64,000 bases of DNA from an uncultured Gemmatimonadales bacterium (GTDB lineage Bacteria; Gemmatimonadota; Gemmatimonadetes; Gemmatimonadales; GWC2-71-9), in assembly GCA_963748815.1 (NCBI GenBank), contig CAVVKJ010000010.1, positions 704,001 to 768,000 on the forward strand. The letters are read 5' to 3'. Each line of letters starts with the position of its first letter. The stretch's first letter is position 1. A program made the position numbers and the translations under genes. The notes under the pieces were generated by a model. It was given only the letters and a program-made list of their open reading frames with translations, had not been told where the DNA came from and ran no database searches. Shown here one piece after another: positions 53,010 to 63,457 of the stretch.

Positions 53010-54485
53010 CTATCGACCGCTGGTGGTTGCGGCCCCGGCCAGCGCCTGCGTGGCGGTGCCTGCCGAGGAAACCGACGAGGTGGTGAGCGCGGCGCCGTCC
53101 GCGGTGCCGAGCGGCAGGTACGGAAGCAGCGCGCGGCGGAATCGCGCGACCTGGGTGTCGCGCGCCGCCTGCGCCTGGTTGGCGCGGGCCTGTTCCAGCT
53201 GCAGTCGGACGTCTTGCAGCTCGGTCTGCGTGGAGATGCCTTCCGCGTACCGCACCTCGGCGATTTCGTAGGCGCGGGTCGCCTGCTCCACCACGCTGGC
53301 CGTGGCGAGGCTATTGTCCCGTGCCTCCCGAAGCCGCGCGTTGACCGTCTCGTTGTCGAGCGCCGCCTGCTCCTCGGTGAGCTTGGCCCGCAGCCGCGCG
53401 GCCTCCAGGTTGGCCGCGGCCTGCTGGCGGGCGCCGCTGATGCGTCCGGAGGTGAAGAGGGGCCAGTTGACGACGGCATTGATGGTCCAGTCGTTCCCGA
53501 ACTGGCTGTTGACCGGGAAGAAGTCGCTGCTGTAGCCGGCGCGGTTGTAGTTCATCGTGGTGGACATGGTGGGGATCCACTGGCGCGACGCGGCGGCGCT
53601 CAACTGCTCGCTCTGCGCCACCGATTCCGTGGCGGTCTGGACCACGGCACGCGCCCCGACGGTGGTGTCCGCGCTCGTGATCATCTCCGCCACGTCGGCC
53701 GGCAGGTCACTGAGGTCGGGGTTGTCGTCGAGTGGCGTGGCGAGGATCAGCTCCGCGGACAGCGGGATATCGAGCAGTTGCTTGAGCCGCGTGAGCGCGA
53801 TGACGTGGTTGGCCCGGGCCCGGGTGACCACCGGGATCTGGTTGTCCCGGGAGACACGTGCCCGAAGCTGCTCGAATTCCGACTGGGTCCCGACTTCACG
53901 GCCGAGCGTCACGTCGGCCAGCGTCTTCTCTGCCTGCGCCAGCGTGAACTCGGTGATGGTCAGGAGCTGCGCACTGAGCGAAGCATCGTAGTAGGCGCTG
54001 GCCACCGTGAGAATCGTCAACGCCTGCTGCTGCGTGAGCTGCAGCTCGGACACCCGCGTGGCCGCCTGGCTGGCCCCCAGCTGCGACCACTGGCTCAGGT
54101 TGAACAGCGACATTCCGACGCTGCCCCCCAGCCGCCACTGGTTCGAGGAAGTGAACGGATTCTCCACCGTGCCCGAGCCGCCCGAGAAGAGATTCTCGTA
54201 CGGACTCTCGAGGACGCGCGTGTACTGGGGGCCGAGGTTCACCTGGGGAAGCAGGGCGGAACGGGTCTGCGTCACCACCCCCTTGCTGCGAGTGACGTCC
54301 GCCTTCGCGATGCCGACCTGCTCGCTCGCGGGCCGCGCCCCGGCGAGCGCCGCAGCGAGGGTGAGCCGGAGGGTGTCGGTCGCCGCGGCAGGCACGAGGG
54401 CGGCGGAGGGGGATTGCTGGGCCTGTGCCGTCGAGACGACGACCAGCCCGAAGAGGGCGGTCAGGGCGTGCGCGAGGGTTTTCAT
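53010..54485 (-). CDS. TolC family outer-membrane efflux protein
   Basis: Signal peptide; LLPQVN, VASAYY, WPLFTSG, RYAEG. Confidence 0.9.
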   Translation of the reverse strand: MKTLAHALTALFGLVVVSTAQAQQSPSAALVPAAATDTLRLTLAAALAGARPASEQVGIAKADVTRSKGVVTQTRSALLPQVNLGPQYTRVLESPYENLFSGGSGTVENPFTSSNQWRLGGSVGMSLFNLSQWSQLGASQAATRVSELQLTQQQALTILTVASAYYDASLSAQLLTITEFTLAQAEKTLADVTLGREVGTQSEFEQLRARVSRDNQIPVVTRARANHVIALTRLKQLLDIPLSAELILATPLDDNPDLSDLPADVAEMITSADTTVGARAVVQTATESVAQSEQLSAAASRQWIPTMSTTMNYNRAGYSSDFFPVNSQFGNDWTINAVVNWPLFTSGRISGARQQAAANLEAARLRAKLTEEQAALDNETVNARLREARDNSLATASVVEQATRAYEIAEVRYAEGISTQTELQDVRLQLEQARANQAQAARDTQVARFRRALLPYLPLGTADGAALTTSSVSSAGTATQALAGAATTSGR

Positions 54486-55081
54486 GACTGGGATTGCTCC
54501 GGGATGCCGACAGGCGCGCGCAAGGCGCGCAGGAGGACTTCGACGAAGAGGGCGGCGCACTCCTCCAGCGAGGGAATCTCGGGGACGAGATCGCGCCAGA
54601 GCGCGTTGCTCAGCAGCGAGTGGACCAGCATCGCGGCGCCCCCCTGGAGAATCAGTGGATCGCCCGCGTGCAGAATCCCGCGCTGCTCGAGCGCGGAGAG
54701 GAAGGCCACCAGCTGGTTCATCTCGTCACTGGGGTCTTCGCAGATGCGCGGGGCAATTTCCGGTCGCTGGACCGTATCGCCAAGGATCTGACGAATCAGC
54801 TTCTGGTGCTGATAGAAACGGTGGATGCTGGCCCTCGCCCAGCGATGCAACTCGGCAACTGGGTCGGCGGCGGCGGCGTTGAGCGCGGGACGGCTGTGGC
54901 GGTCGGCCTGTTCGATGGCCTCGCGCAGGAGGGCGTCCTTGCTGCCGAACTGGCGGAAGAGGGTGACCTCGTTCAGCCCCGCCTCATCGGCGATGCGTCG
55001 GGTGGTCGTGCCGTGGTAGCCCGACTCGGCGTACACCCGCGCCGCCACTTCCAGGAGTCGTTCACGAGAATCGGTAGACAT
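54482..55081 (-). CDS. TetR/AcrR family regulator
   Basis: HTH TTRRIADEAGLNEVTLFRQFGSKDALL; first gene of the efflux operon. Confidence 0.93.
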   Translation of the reverse strand: MSTDSRERLLEVAARVYAESGYHGTTTRRIADEAGLNEVTLFRQFGSKDALLREAIEQADRHSRPALNAAAADPVAELHRWARASIHRFYQHQKLIRQILGDTVQRPEIAPRICEDPSDEMNQLVAFLSALEQRGILHAGDPLILQGGAAMLVHSLLSNALWRDLVPEIPSLEECAALFVEVLLRALRAPVGIPEQSQS

Positions 55082-55089
55082 GGGGCAAG

Positions 55090-55132
55090 AACATAGAGCG
55101 CAAAGGGTGACAATGCAAGCACGTACTTGCAT
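55090..55132 (-). promoter_or_regulatory. Promoter (TTGCAT-N17-TATGTT) with overlapping TetR operator
   Basis: Palindrome ATGCAAGcACGTaCTTGCAT (55113-55132, 18/20 symmetric) covers the -35 hexamer. Confidence 0.72.
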
Positions 55133-55192
55133 ATCACGCGGGGGCCGTGCTCCCGCCGGCTCCCAACCAACTGCCTCACAAACGGTTACCGG

Positions 55193-56788
<1,596 letters not shown>

Positions 56789-56911
56789 CGGGGCGGCACC
56801 TCCAGAGGGTCGCCCATCTTAGCGGGCGCCTCCCTGCCCTGCGGGATGCTTCGGTCGCCGACAGGCGCCGGATAACGCGTCGAGTCCGCGAACGCCCAAT
56901 TGCAACCATTC

Positions 56912-56949
56912 TTGACTCCGATCTATCCTACCTTTAGTCTGTCTGAAGG
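56912..56949 (+). promoter_or_regulatory. Promoter TTGACT-N17-TAGTCT with putative PadR operator
   Basis: Imperfect inverted repeat CCTTTAG-N5-CTGAAGG (56931-56949) overlaps the -10. Confidence 0.55.
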
Positions 56950-56959
56950 AGGTGGACCG

Positions 56960-57310
56960 ATGGCCGACCATGACGGGGAACTGCTGCAGGGCACGCTGGA
57001 AATGCTGGTGCTCAAGACCCTCGCACTCGAACCCCTGCACGGCTGGGGCATCGCGCACCGGATCGAGGCGCTGTCGGGGCGGGTGTTCCTGGTCAGCCAG
57101 GGTTCGCTCTACCCTGCCCTGATCCGGATGAAGCGCCGAGGGCTGGTGCGATCCGAATGGCGCATGACGGAGAACCGCCGGCGCGCGCGCTATTACGAAC
57201 TGACCCCGGCCGGCCGCCGGCAGCTCGAGGTGGAACGGACCACTTGGCGTCGCGCCTCCGCGGCGATCGACGGCATCCTGAATGCCCAATGGGCCATCGA
57301 GGGAGCATGA
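56960..57310 (+). CDS. PadR family regulator (acidobacterial type)
   Basis: LLQGTLEMLVLKTL, HGWGI, QGSLYPAL, ENRRRARYY. Confidence 0.93.
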   Translation: MADHDGELLQGTLEMLVLKTLALEPLHGWGIAHRIEALSGRVFLVSQGSLYPALIRMKRRGLVRSEWRMTENRRRARYYELTPAGRRQLEVERTTWRRASAAIDGILNAQWAIEGA

Positions 57311-59973
57311 CCTTCATCTCTGACGCAATCGAGCGCATCCGGGCCCTGATTTTCCGGGGACGGGAGGAGCGCGAACTGGCGGAAGAACTGCGTTTTCACC
57401 TCGAGGAGGAGGCCGCCTACCGACGTCGCACCGGTCTCGACGATGCGGAGGCTCGGCGGCAGAGCGGCATGGCGCTCGGCGGGGTGGAGCAGGTCAAGGA
57501 GGAGGTGCGCGATGCCCGTGGCACCCGCTGGCTCGAGGACACCCGGGGTGACATCGCCTTCACGCTGCGAACGCTCGCCCATCACAAGGGGTTTGCGGCA
57601 GTCGTGATCCTGACCCTGGCGCTCGGCATCGGCGGCACGACCGCGGTGTTCAGCGCCGTAGACGCCGTCCTGCTCCGGCCGCTGCCGTATCAGGAGTCGG
57701 GTCAGTTGGTTCGCCTCTACGTGGGCTACACTGAGTATCCGGACGCTCGGAACTTCGTGTCACCGGTACAGTATGGGGTGTATCGGGACCAGCTGGAGAC
57801 GGTGGAGTCGCTTGCGGCGGTGCTGACTTACTCGGAGCGCGGGGCGGACGTCGGATCGGGCACCGATGCCCACCGGATTCGGCTGCTCTACACCAGCGCC
57901 AACTACTTCGACGTCCTCCGGGTGGCGCCTGCGCTCGGACGGACGCTCCCGCCCGAGGCCGAACGCGGACCGGGCAACGGGGACGAGGTCGACGCCGCGC
58001 CGCTCGTCGTGTTGAGTCACCAGCTCTGGCAGGATCAGTTCCATGCCGACCCGGCGGCGGTCGGCCGCAGTCTGATGATGAACGGCAAGTCCTACCAGGT
58101 CGTGGGCGTCATGCCGGCGGGGTTCAAGGATCCAATCGCCGATGGCATCGCGGCCTGGGTGCCCCTCGACCTGAGTTTCGCCAGCGATCCCAGCCAGGCG
58201 GGCAATCACTACCTCTCGGTCATCGGCCGCCTGCGGCCAGGCCTCTCGCTGGGTGGCGCCCAGGGAGACGTCGATCGCATCGCCCTCCAGATGGCCGCGG
58301 ATTTTCCCGATATCCAGCGGGAGCGTGCGCGCCTCTACCCGCTCAAGGAGGATGTCGTCGGTTCCTCGAGTCGGGCCCTCAGCATCATGCTTGGCGCGGT
58401 CGGTCTTGTGCTGTTGTTGGTCTGCGTGAACCTGGCGAACCTGATGCTGGTCCGCGGCTCCGAGCGCGGCCGGGAATTCGCGGTGCGATCGGCGCTGGGC
58501 GCGGGAGGACGTCGCCTTGCGCGGCAGCTCCTGATCGAGAGCCTCACCCTCGCGCTGGCCGGTGCCCTCGCCGGATTGGTGGTGGCCCGCCTCGCGATGG
58601 CCGCCATCGTCGCGCTCGGCGCCGGCACCATCCCTCGGCTCGAGTCCCTCTCGCTGAACCCCTGGCTGCTGCTGTTCTCACTGGCGCTCGCAAGCGGTTG
58701 CGCGGTGCTCTTCGGGCTGGCGCCGGCGCTCCGCGCGGCACGGACGCAGCCGGGGGACGCCCTGCGGGATCAGAGCCGCTCGAACTCCGGCGGCGCTCGC
58801 TCGCTGCGAGGCCGGGAGTGGCTCGTCATCTCCCAGGTCGCGCTCGCCTTCGTCCTCCTGATCGGTGCGGGACTCCTGCTCGCCTCGTTTCGGCAGATTG
58901 GGCGCGTCGACCTGGGCATCCGAACGGACAACGTCCTGACCTTCCAGCTGAACCTGCCCGATACACGGTACGACTCCACTGCGCGCGCCAGCTTCTTTGA
59001 CTCGTTCGCGGAGCAGGTGGCCGCGCTGCCCGGCGTCCGCGCCGCCGGCGGCGTGTCCAGGCTCCCGGCCACCGGAGCGTACCACCACTGGGGGACCGTC
59101 GCGTTGTCGGGGCCCCTGGTCGGAGATCGGGAACGCGGACGGGCAGGCGCTCAGAACCGCGTGGTGTCGGGCGAGTACTTCAAGACCATGGGCATCCCAC
59201 TGATCGCCGGGCGGACGTTCTCGTCAGCCGATGACCGAACGGCACCGGACCGGGTCGTGATCAGCCAGCAACTGGCCGAGCGGCTGTTCCCTGGCATTGA
59301 GGCCGTTGGGCAACGGCTCAACAGCGGGGGCCGGGAGAACGAGGTGATCGGCGTGGTGGGCAATGTGGCGGTCACGAACGAAGGCGAGGGGGATAATTTC
59401 GTCTATCACCCACACCGGCAGTTCGCGGGGGACCGGAACTGGGCCCTGACGCAGGTCGTGGCCACCGACGGCCCACCCGCGGCCTCGGTGCCCGCCATCC
59501 GGGAGCTCCTCGCCACCGCGGACCCACAGCTGGTCATGTTCCGCCCCAGCCCGCTCGACGAAGTCATCGGCCGGGGCGCCGCGCAGCGCCTCTTCACGAT
59601 GCGCATCCTGCTCACCTTTGCGGCCGTTGCGCTGGCGCTCGCCGCGCTCGGACTGTTCGGGGTGCTCTCCTACGGCGTCAAGCTCCGCACGAGGGAATTC
59701 GGTATTCGCATGGCGCTGGGGGCCGAACGGAGCACCATTCGCCGGGCGGTCCTGCGTCAGGGCTTGACGGTTGCAGCATTCGGCGTCGTGCTCGGGCTTC
59801 TGGTGGCATTGCCCCTCTCGAGGCTGATGCGAGCCCTGCTCTTTCAGGTCAGCCCGCTCGACCCCTGGGTGATCGCCGGGGCCATCCTGTTTATGGGCAT
59901 CGTCGCCACCGTCGCCAGCTACCTGCCGGCGCGGCAGGCAACCGCCGTTGATCCGCGGACGGCGCTGCAGTAG
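57307..59973 (+). CDS. ADOP-type duplicated ABC permease (MacB-like, no ATPase)
   Basis: EELRFHLE prefix; TLALGIGGTTAVFS; CVNLANL; REFAVRSALGA; REFGIRMALGA; PARQATAVDP. Confidence 0.92.
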   Translation: MTFISDAIERIRALIFRGREERELAEELRFHLEEEAAYRRRTGLDDAEARRQSGMALGGVEQVKEEVRDARGTRWLEDTRGDIAFTLRTLAHHKGFAAVVILTLALGIGGTTAVFSAVDAVLLRPLPYQESGQLVRLYVGYTEYPDARNFVSPVQYGVYRDQLETVESLAAVLTYSERGADVGSGTDAHRIRLLYTSANYFDVLRVAPALGRTLPPEAERGPGNGDEVDAAPLVVLSHQLWQDQFHADPAAVGRSLMMNGKSYQVVGVMPAGFKDPIADGIAAWVPLDLSFASDPSQAGNHYLSVIGRLRPGLSLGGAQGDVDRIALQMAADFPDIQRERARLYPLKEDVVGSSSRALSIMLGAVGLVLLLVCVNLANLMLVRGSERGREFAVRSALGAGGRRLARQLLIESLTLALAGALAGLVVARLAMAAIVALGAGTIPRLESLSLNPWLLLFSLALASGCAVLFGLAPALRAARTQPGDALRDQSRSNSGGARSLRGREWLVISQVALAFVLLIGAGLLLASFRQIGRVDLGIRTDNVLTFQLNLPDTRYDSTARASFFDSFAEQVAALPGVRAAGGVSRLPATGAYHHWGTVALSGPLVGDRERGRAGAQNRVVSGEYFKTMGIPLIAGRTFSSADDRTAPDRVVISQQLAERLFPGIEAVGQRLNSGGRENEVIGVVGNVAVTNEGEGDNFVYHPHRQFAGDRNWALTQVVATDGPPAASVPAIRELLATADPQLVMFRPSPLDEVIGRGAAQRLFTMRILLTFAAVALALAALGLFGVLSYGVKLRTREFGIRMALGAERSTIRRAVLRQGLTVAAFGVVLGLLVALPLSRLMRALLFQVSPLDPWVIAGAILFMGIVATVASYLPARQATAVDPRTALQ

Positions 59974-60000
59974 CCAGCACGTCCGGCGGGGGCGCGGGCA

Positions 60001-60906
60001 CTACGGGACCCGCGTCCCCACCGCCTGGATCGAGTCGTCCTTGCGGCGGATCACGAACCCCGTCGCCTTCCCGTCCGCGACCGAAAACTCCGTGGCCAGG
60101 CTCGGCACGGCGTCGAAGATGTCCCCCGCCTCGATGAACCCGGGATAGAACGCGTCGTCACCAATGCTCACGAGGATGGCGTGGTACGGTGCCTCCTCGT
60201 CCCCCACCACCTCCCAATCCAGCACCAGCTTGTCCTCCGTGTAGGAGATGTTCCAGGTCTCCACCGGCGGGGGGACCGAATCAGTGCGCACGACGGTCGT
60301 GTCCCGTGGAATCCAGCGCAGGGAATAGCGTCCCACGTATTGCGCGGCGAGCGCCGCTGCGAACGTGAGCGGATGCGACGGCGTGACGGCAACGGACATC
60401 GAGACGGACCGCCCGGCCCATGCCATCCGCAGCACCATGCCCGACGTCGAGATGGTCGGGAACGACCAGATGAGGACGTCGGGCCCCGTCACGCTGTCCG
60501 GCGTGACGCCGAACCGAATCTGGGCGCTGTCGGGCTCCGGATGCGCGGTGTGAAACTGCTTCGCCCTCGGATCGAGGATGACGGTCCAGTCCCCCGGCTC
60601 CACCTGCATCCACACCGAGTATTTCCCCTTGGGGACGGGATGGCCGTCGATGATGACATCGTTCGTGACCTCGAGCGTGGTGGCCCAATTGGCGCCGGGG
60701 GTCCAGACCTCCCCCCATCGCACTTCCCCGCCGTAGATCGGCGACCGGCCACGTGAGCGGGGACGGCTGTATTCCACCGTGAGCACGGTGCCGTCCACCG
60801 TCTGCGACACGGTGGCCGGTTCGCTCGCACGCACTTGCGCGTGCATCCCGGCAGGGAGGCACACCATGAGCCCGACGACGGCCTGCCAACGACGGACGTT
60901 CGGCAT
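60001..60906 (-). CDS. DUF2911-like exported protein, copy 3
   Basis: Signal peptide; QVRASE, YSRP..RGR, WTPGANWATT. Confidence 0.82.
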   Translation of the reverse strand: MPNVRRWQAVVGLMVCLPAGMHAQVRASEPATVSQTVDGTVLTVEYSRPRSRGRSPIYGGEVRWGEVWTPGANWATTLEVTNDVIIDGHPVPKGKYSVWMQVEPGDWTVILDPRAKQFHTAHPEPDSAQIRFGVTPDSVTGPDVLIWSFPTISTSGMVLRMAWAGRSVSMSVAVTPSHPLTFAAALAAQYVGRYSLRWIPRDTTVVRTDSVPPPVETWNISYTEDKLVLDWEVVGDEEAPYHAILVSIGDDAFYPGFIEAGDIFDAVPSLATEFSVADGKATGFVIRRKDDSIQAVGTRVP

Positions 60907-60937
60907 TCACCCTCCCGGAGGGAAACTCGACATCGTG

Positions 60938-60980
60938 AAACGGGCGGCGCCACCGAGACCGCCACCGGTAGCGTCGCCCG
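60938..60980 (-). terminator. GC-rich hairpin followed by TTT between DUF2911 copies 2 and 3
   Basis: Minus strand CGGGCGACGCTACCG...CGGTGGCGCCGCCCG-TTT. Confidence 0.35.
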
Positions 60981-61006
60981 ACCTGCTGTTCAGGGGTACA
61001 TGCCCG

Positions 61007-61939
61007 CTACTTGATCCGTACGGCCGATCCCATCGCCTGATCGTCTTCCCCGCGCACCACGAAGCCGGTAGCCTTCCCGTTCTTCAGCTCGAACTCGACG
61101 ACCAGGTCGTTGGCGACGTCGAACACCTCGCCGTCCACCATCGCACCAGGATTGAACCAGTCGTCGCCGATCCGGATCAGGACCATATGGGCCCATTCGG
61201 GAAAGATCGGCGGATCCCAGTCCGAAAGCAGCATGCCGTTGCGATAGGTCACCGTCCAGGTCGACGCCTCGGCCGTGGAGGGACCCTCGTCGGGGGCGTC
61301 GGGAGGCGGCGCTGAATCTCCCGGTAGCGGCTCCGGTCGAGGCGCAAAGCGGAACTCGTACCGGCCGGTGTAGCGCGGCGCCAGCGACGCGGCGAGCGTG
61401 ATCGGGTGGGACGGCGGGACGACGATTTCCAGCGGGACCGACCGGCCCGCCCACGCCATCTGGAGCGTCACCCCGGTCGGCCCGATCCGGGGAAACGACC
61501 AGGTGAGCACCTCGGGACCGCTCAGGCTGTCGGGAGTGACCGCAAACCGGATCTGGCTGCTGTCGGGCTGCGGGTGCACGGTGTGGAAGAGCTTCGCTCT
61601 CGGGTCGAGGATGACGGTCCATGCCCCCCGCTCCACCTGCATCCACACCGAGTACTTCCCCTTGGGAACGAGATGCCCGTCGATGGTGACATCGTTCGTC
61701 ACCTCGAGCGTGGTGGCCCAGTTGGCCCCCGGAGTCCAGACCTCGCCCCACGTGACTTCATCGCCAAAAATCGGCGACCGCCCCCGGGTGCGGGGCCGGC
61801 TGTAGTCGACGGTGATGACCGTGCCATCCACCGTCTGCGAGATCGTGGCGGCTTCGCTGGCGCGTACCTGCGCCTCAAGCGCCGGCGGAAGGGCCGTGAG
61901 GGCGGCGAGCATTCCCGCCCAGGTGCCAATTCGTCGCAT
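61007..61939 (-). CDS. DUF2911-like exported protein, copy 2
   Basis: MRRIGTW signal peptide; QVRASE, YSRPRTRGR, WTPGANWATT; SD AAGGAG. Confidence 0.82.
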   Translation of the reverse strand: MRRIGTWAGMLAALTALPPALEAQVRASEAATISQTVDGTVITVDYSRPRTRGRSPIFGDEVTWGEVWTPGANWATTLEVTNDVTIDGHLVPKGKYSVWMQVERGAWTVILDPRAKLFHTVHPQPDSSQIRFAVTPDSLSGPEVLTWSFPRIGPTGVTLQMAWAGRSVPLEIVVPPSHPITLAASLAPRYTGRYEFRFAPRPEPLPGDSAPPPDAPDEGPSTAEASTWTVTYRNGMLLSDWDPPIFPEWAHMVLIRIGDDWFNPGAMVDGEVFDVANDLVVEFELKNGKATGFVVRGEDDQAMGSAVRIK

Positions 61940-61989
61940 CGAGACTCCTTCGGGTGGTGCGAGTCGCCTGCGTCCTGCCACTGGAAATC

Positions 61990-62859
61990 CTACGGGACCC
62001 GGATGCCGCGCCCCATCACCATGTCGTTGGGACCGCGGATCTCGAATCCGGTCGCGCGCCCATCGGCGAGCGCAAACTCGAACACCACGTCGGTCACGAT
62101 GTCGTAGAGCGCCCCGTCGACCAGGGCACCCGGCTGAAACCACCCGTCGCCGATCTGTACGAAAGTGAGGTCCGTCCAAGCCGGGAAAGGCGCGCCGTTC
62201 CATCGAGCCAGGAGGTGTTCGTCCGCGGCGGAGACGGTCAGGTCGCTCTGGTTCGCCTCGGAGCGCCACCAGAGCTTGTACCGGCCGGCATACTGGGCCG
62301 CAACCCCTGCGGCGACCTCGGGAACCTCGACCGGCGGCACGCCGATCCGGAACGCGACCGACCGGCCCGCCCACGCCATCTGCACGGTGGTCCCCGACGC
62401 GGACATTCCCGAGAAGGACCATGTCAACAGGTCGGGACCCTGGACAGCTTCCGGCGAGACCTGGAACCGGAACTGCGCGCTGTCAGGCTTCGGGTGGGCG
62501 GTATGGAACATCCGCGCCCTCGGGTCGAGGATGACGGTCCAGCGGTCGGGCTGCACCTCCATCCACACTGAGTACTTGCCGCGGGCCAGCGTCCGACCGT
62601 CGATCGTCAGGTCGTGGTCCGTCTCGAGTGTGGTGGCCCAGTTGGCACCCGGCGTCCAGACCGTGCCCCAGGGGATCTGGCCTCCATACACCTGCTCCCG
62701 GCCGCGGAGGGCAGGCCTCCCATAGTCGATCGTGATGGTGGTGCCATTGATCTGCTGAAAGACGCCTCCGCGCTCGCTGGCTCTGACCTGCGCATTGGCG
62801 GCGGTGACGCCCGCCAGCAACCCCGCCAGGGCGAGCATCCACCCCCGATCATGTCGCAT
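61990..62859 (-). CDS. DUF2911-like exported protein, copy 1
   Basis: MRHDRGW signal peptide; QVRASE, YGRPALRGR, WTPGANWATT; SD AAGGAGG. Confidence 0.82.
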   Translation of the reverse strand: MRHDRGWMLALAGLLAGVTAANAQVRASERGGVFQQINGTTITIDYGRPALRGREQVYGGQIPWGTVWTPGANWATTLETDHDLTIDGRTLARGKYSVWMEVQPDRWTVILDPRARMFHTAHPKPDSAQFRFQVSPEAVQGPDLLTWSFSGMSASGTTVQMAWAGRSVAFRIGVPPVEVPEVAAGVAAQYAGRYKLWWRSEANQSDLTVSAADEHLLARWNGAPFPAWTDLTFVQIGDGWFQPGALVDGALYDIVTDVVFEFALADGRATGFEIRGPNDMVMGRGIRVP

Positions 62860-62917
62860 GGGAGATTCCTCCTTGTTGATTATTCCGATCGCCTGCAGCA
62901 CCCGGCCAGGTCCATGA

Positions 62918-63346
62918 TCACCCGTATCGCGCGTCGACGGCAACGCGGATTTCATCCAGCGTCTTCCCCGCCTTGAAGAGCCGGGCCGCGAGGCGGCCCT
63001 GTCCCTGGCAAATCTCACAGATCCGGGCCATGCCGGCGCCTTCGTAGCAGGAGAGCAGCGAATAGAAGCCCGGAATGTCGGCGCATCCACAGTGACACCG
63101 GATGCCGTCCACGATCTGGGGTATCTGCCGGATCGCTTCGAACGCCGACTGACAGGAGGGGTAATCCACCAGTTCGGAATCCGGGAGGACCTTCTCGGAG
63201 GTGATGCCGGGGCGCGGCGTCGGGTGCGCGGGGTCGCCGCGCCGCCGGCGTGCGGCCCCCCACAACGGCCCGGCCAGGCCGACAGCGGCGGCACCGCAGC
63301 AGGCGGCGAGGAAGTGGCGGCGTGAGCAGTTGGGTGCGTGCTTCAC
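62918..63346 (-). CDS. PCYCGC-like Cys-rich protein with Tat signal
   Basis: SRRHFL twin-arginine motif; RCHCGC, SLLSCY, CEIC. Confidence 0.75.
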   Translation of the reverse strand: MKHAPNCSRRHFLAACCGAAAVGLAGPLWGAARRRRGDPAHPTPRPGITSEKVLPDSELVDYPSCQSAFEAIRQIPQIVDGIRCHCGCADIPGFYSLLSCYEGAGMARICEICQGQGRLAARLFKAGKTLDEIRVAVDARYG

Positions 63347-63457
63347 AGGTCCTCCGGCCGGGATGCGGACGGTGTCGGGAGCCGATCGTCAATGGGGAGA
63401 ATCGCATTCAACATAGGGTGCGCCACGGGAAAACGAAACGGGGGCCCCGCACGCGGA

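Noticed and set aside
60400..62800. Diversity-generating retroelement or shufflon suggested by repeated DNA among the DUF2911 copies
   Set aside because: No reverse transcriptase or recombinase, all copies are full co-oriented genes, and I saw no adenine-specific pattern; ordinary paralogy explains it.
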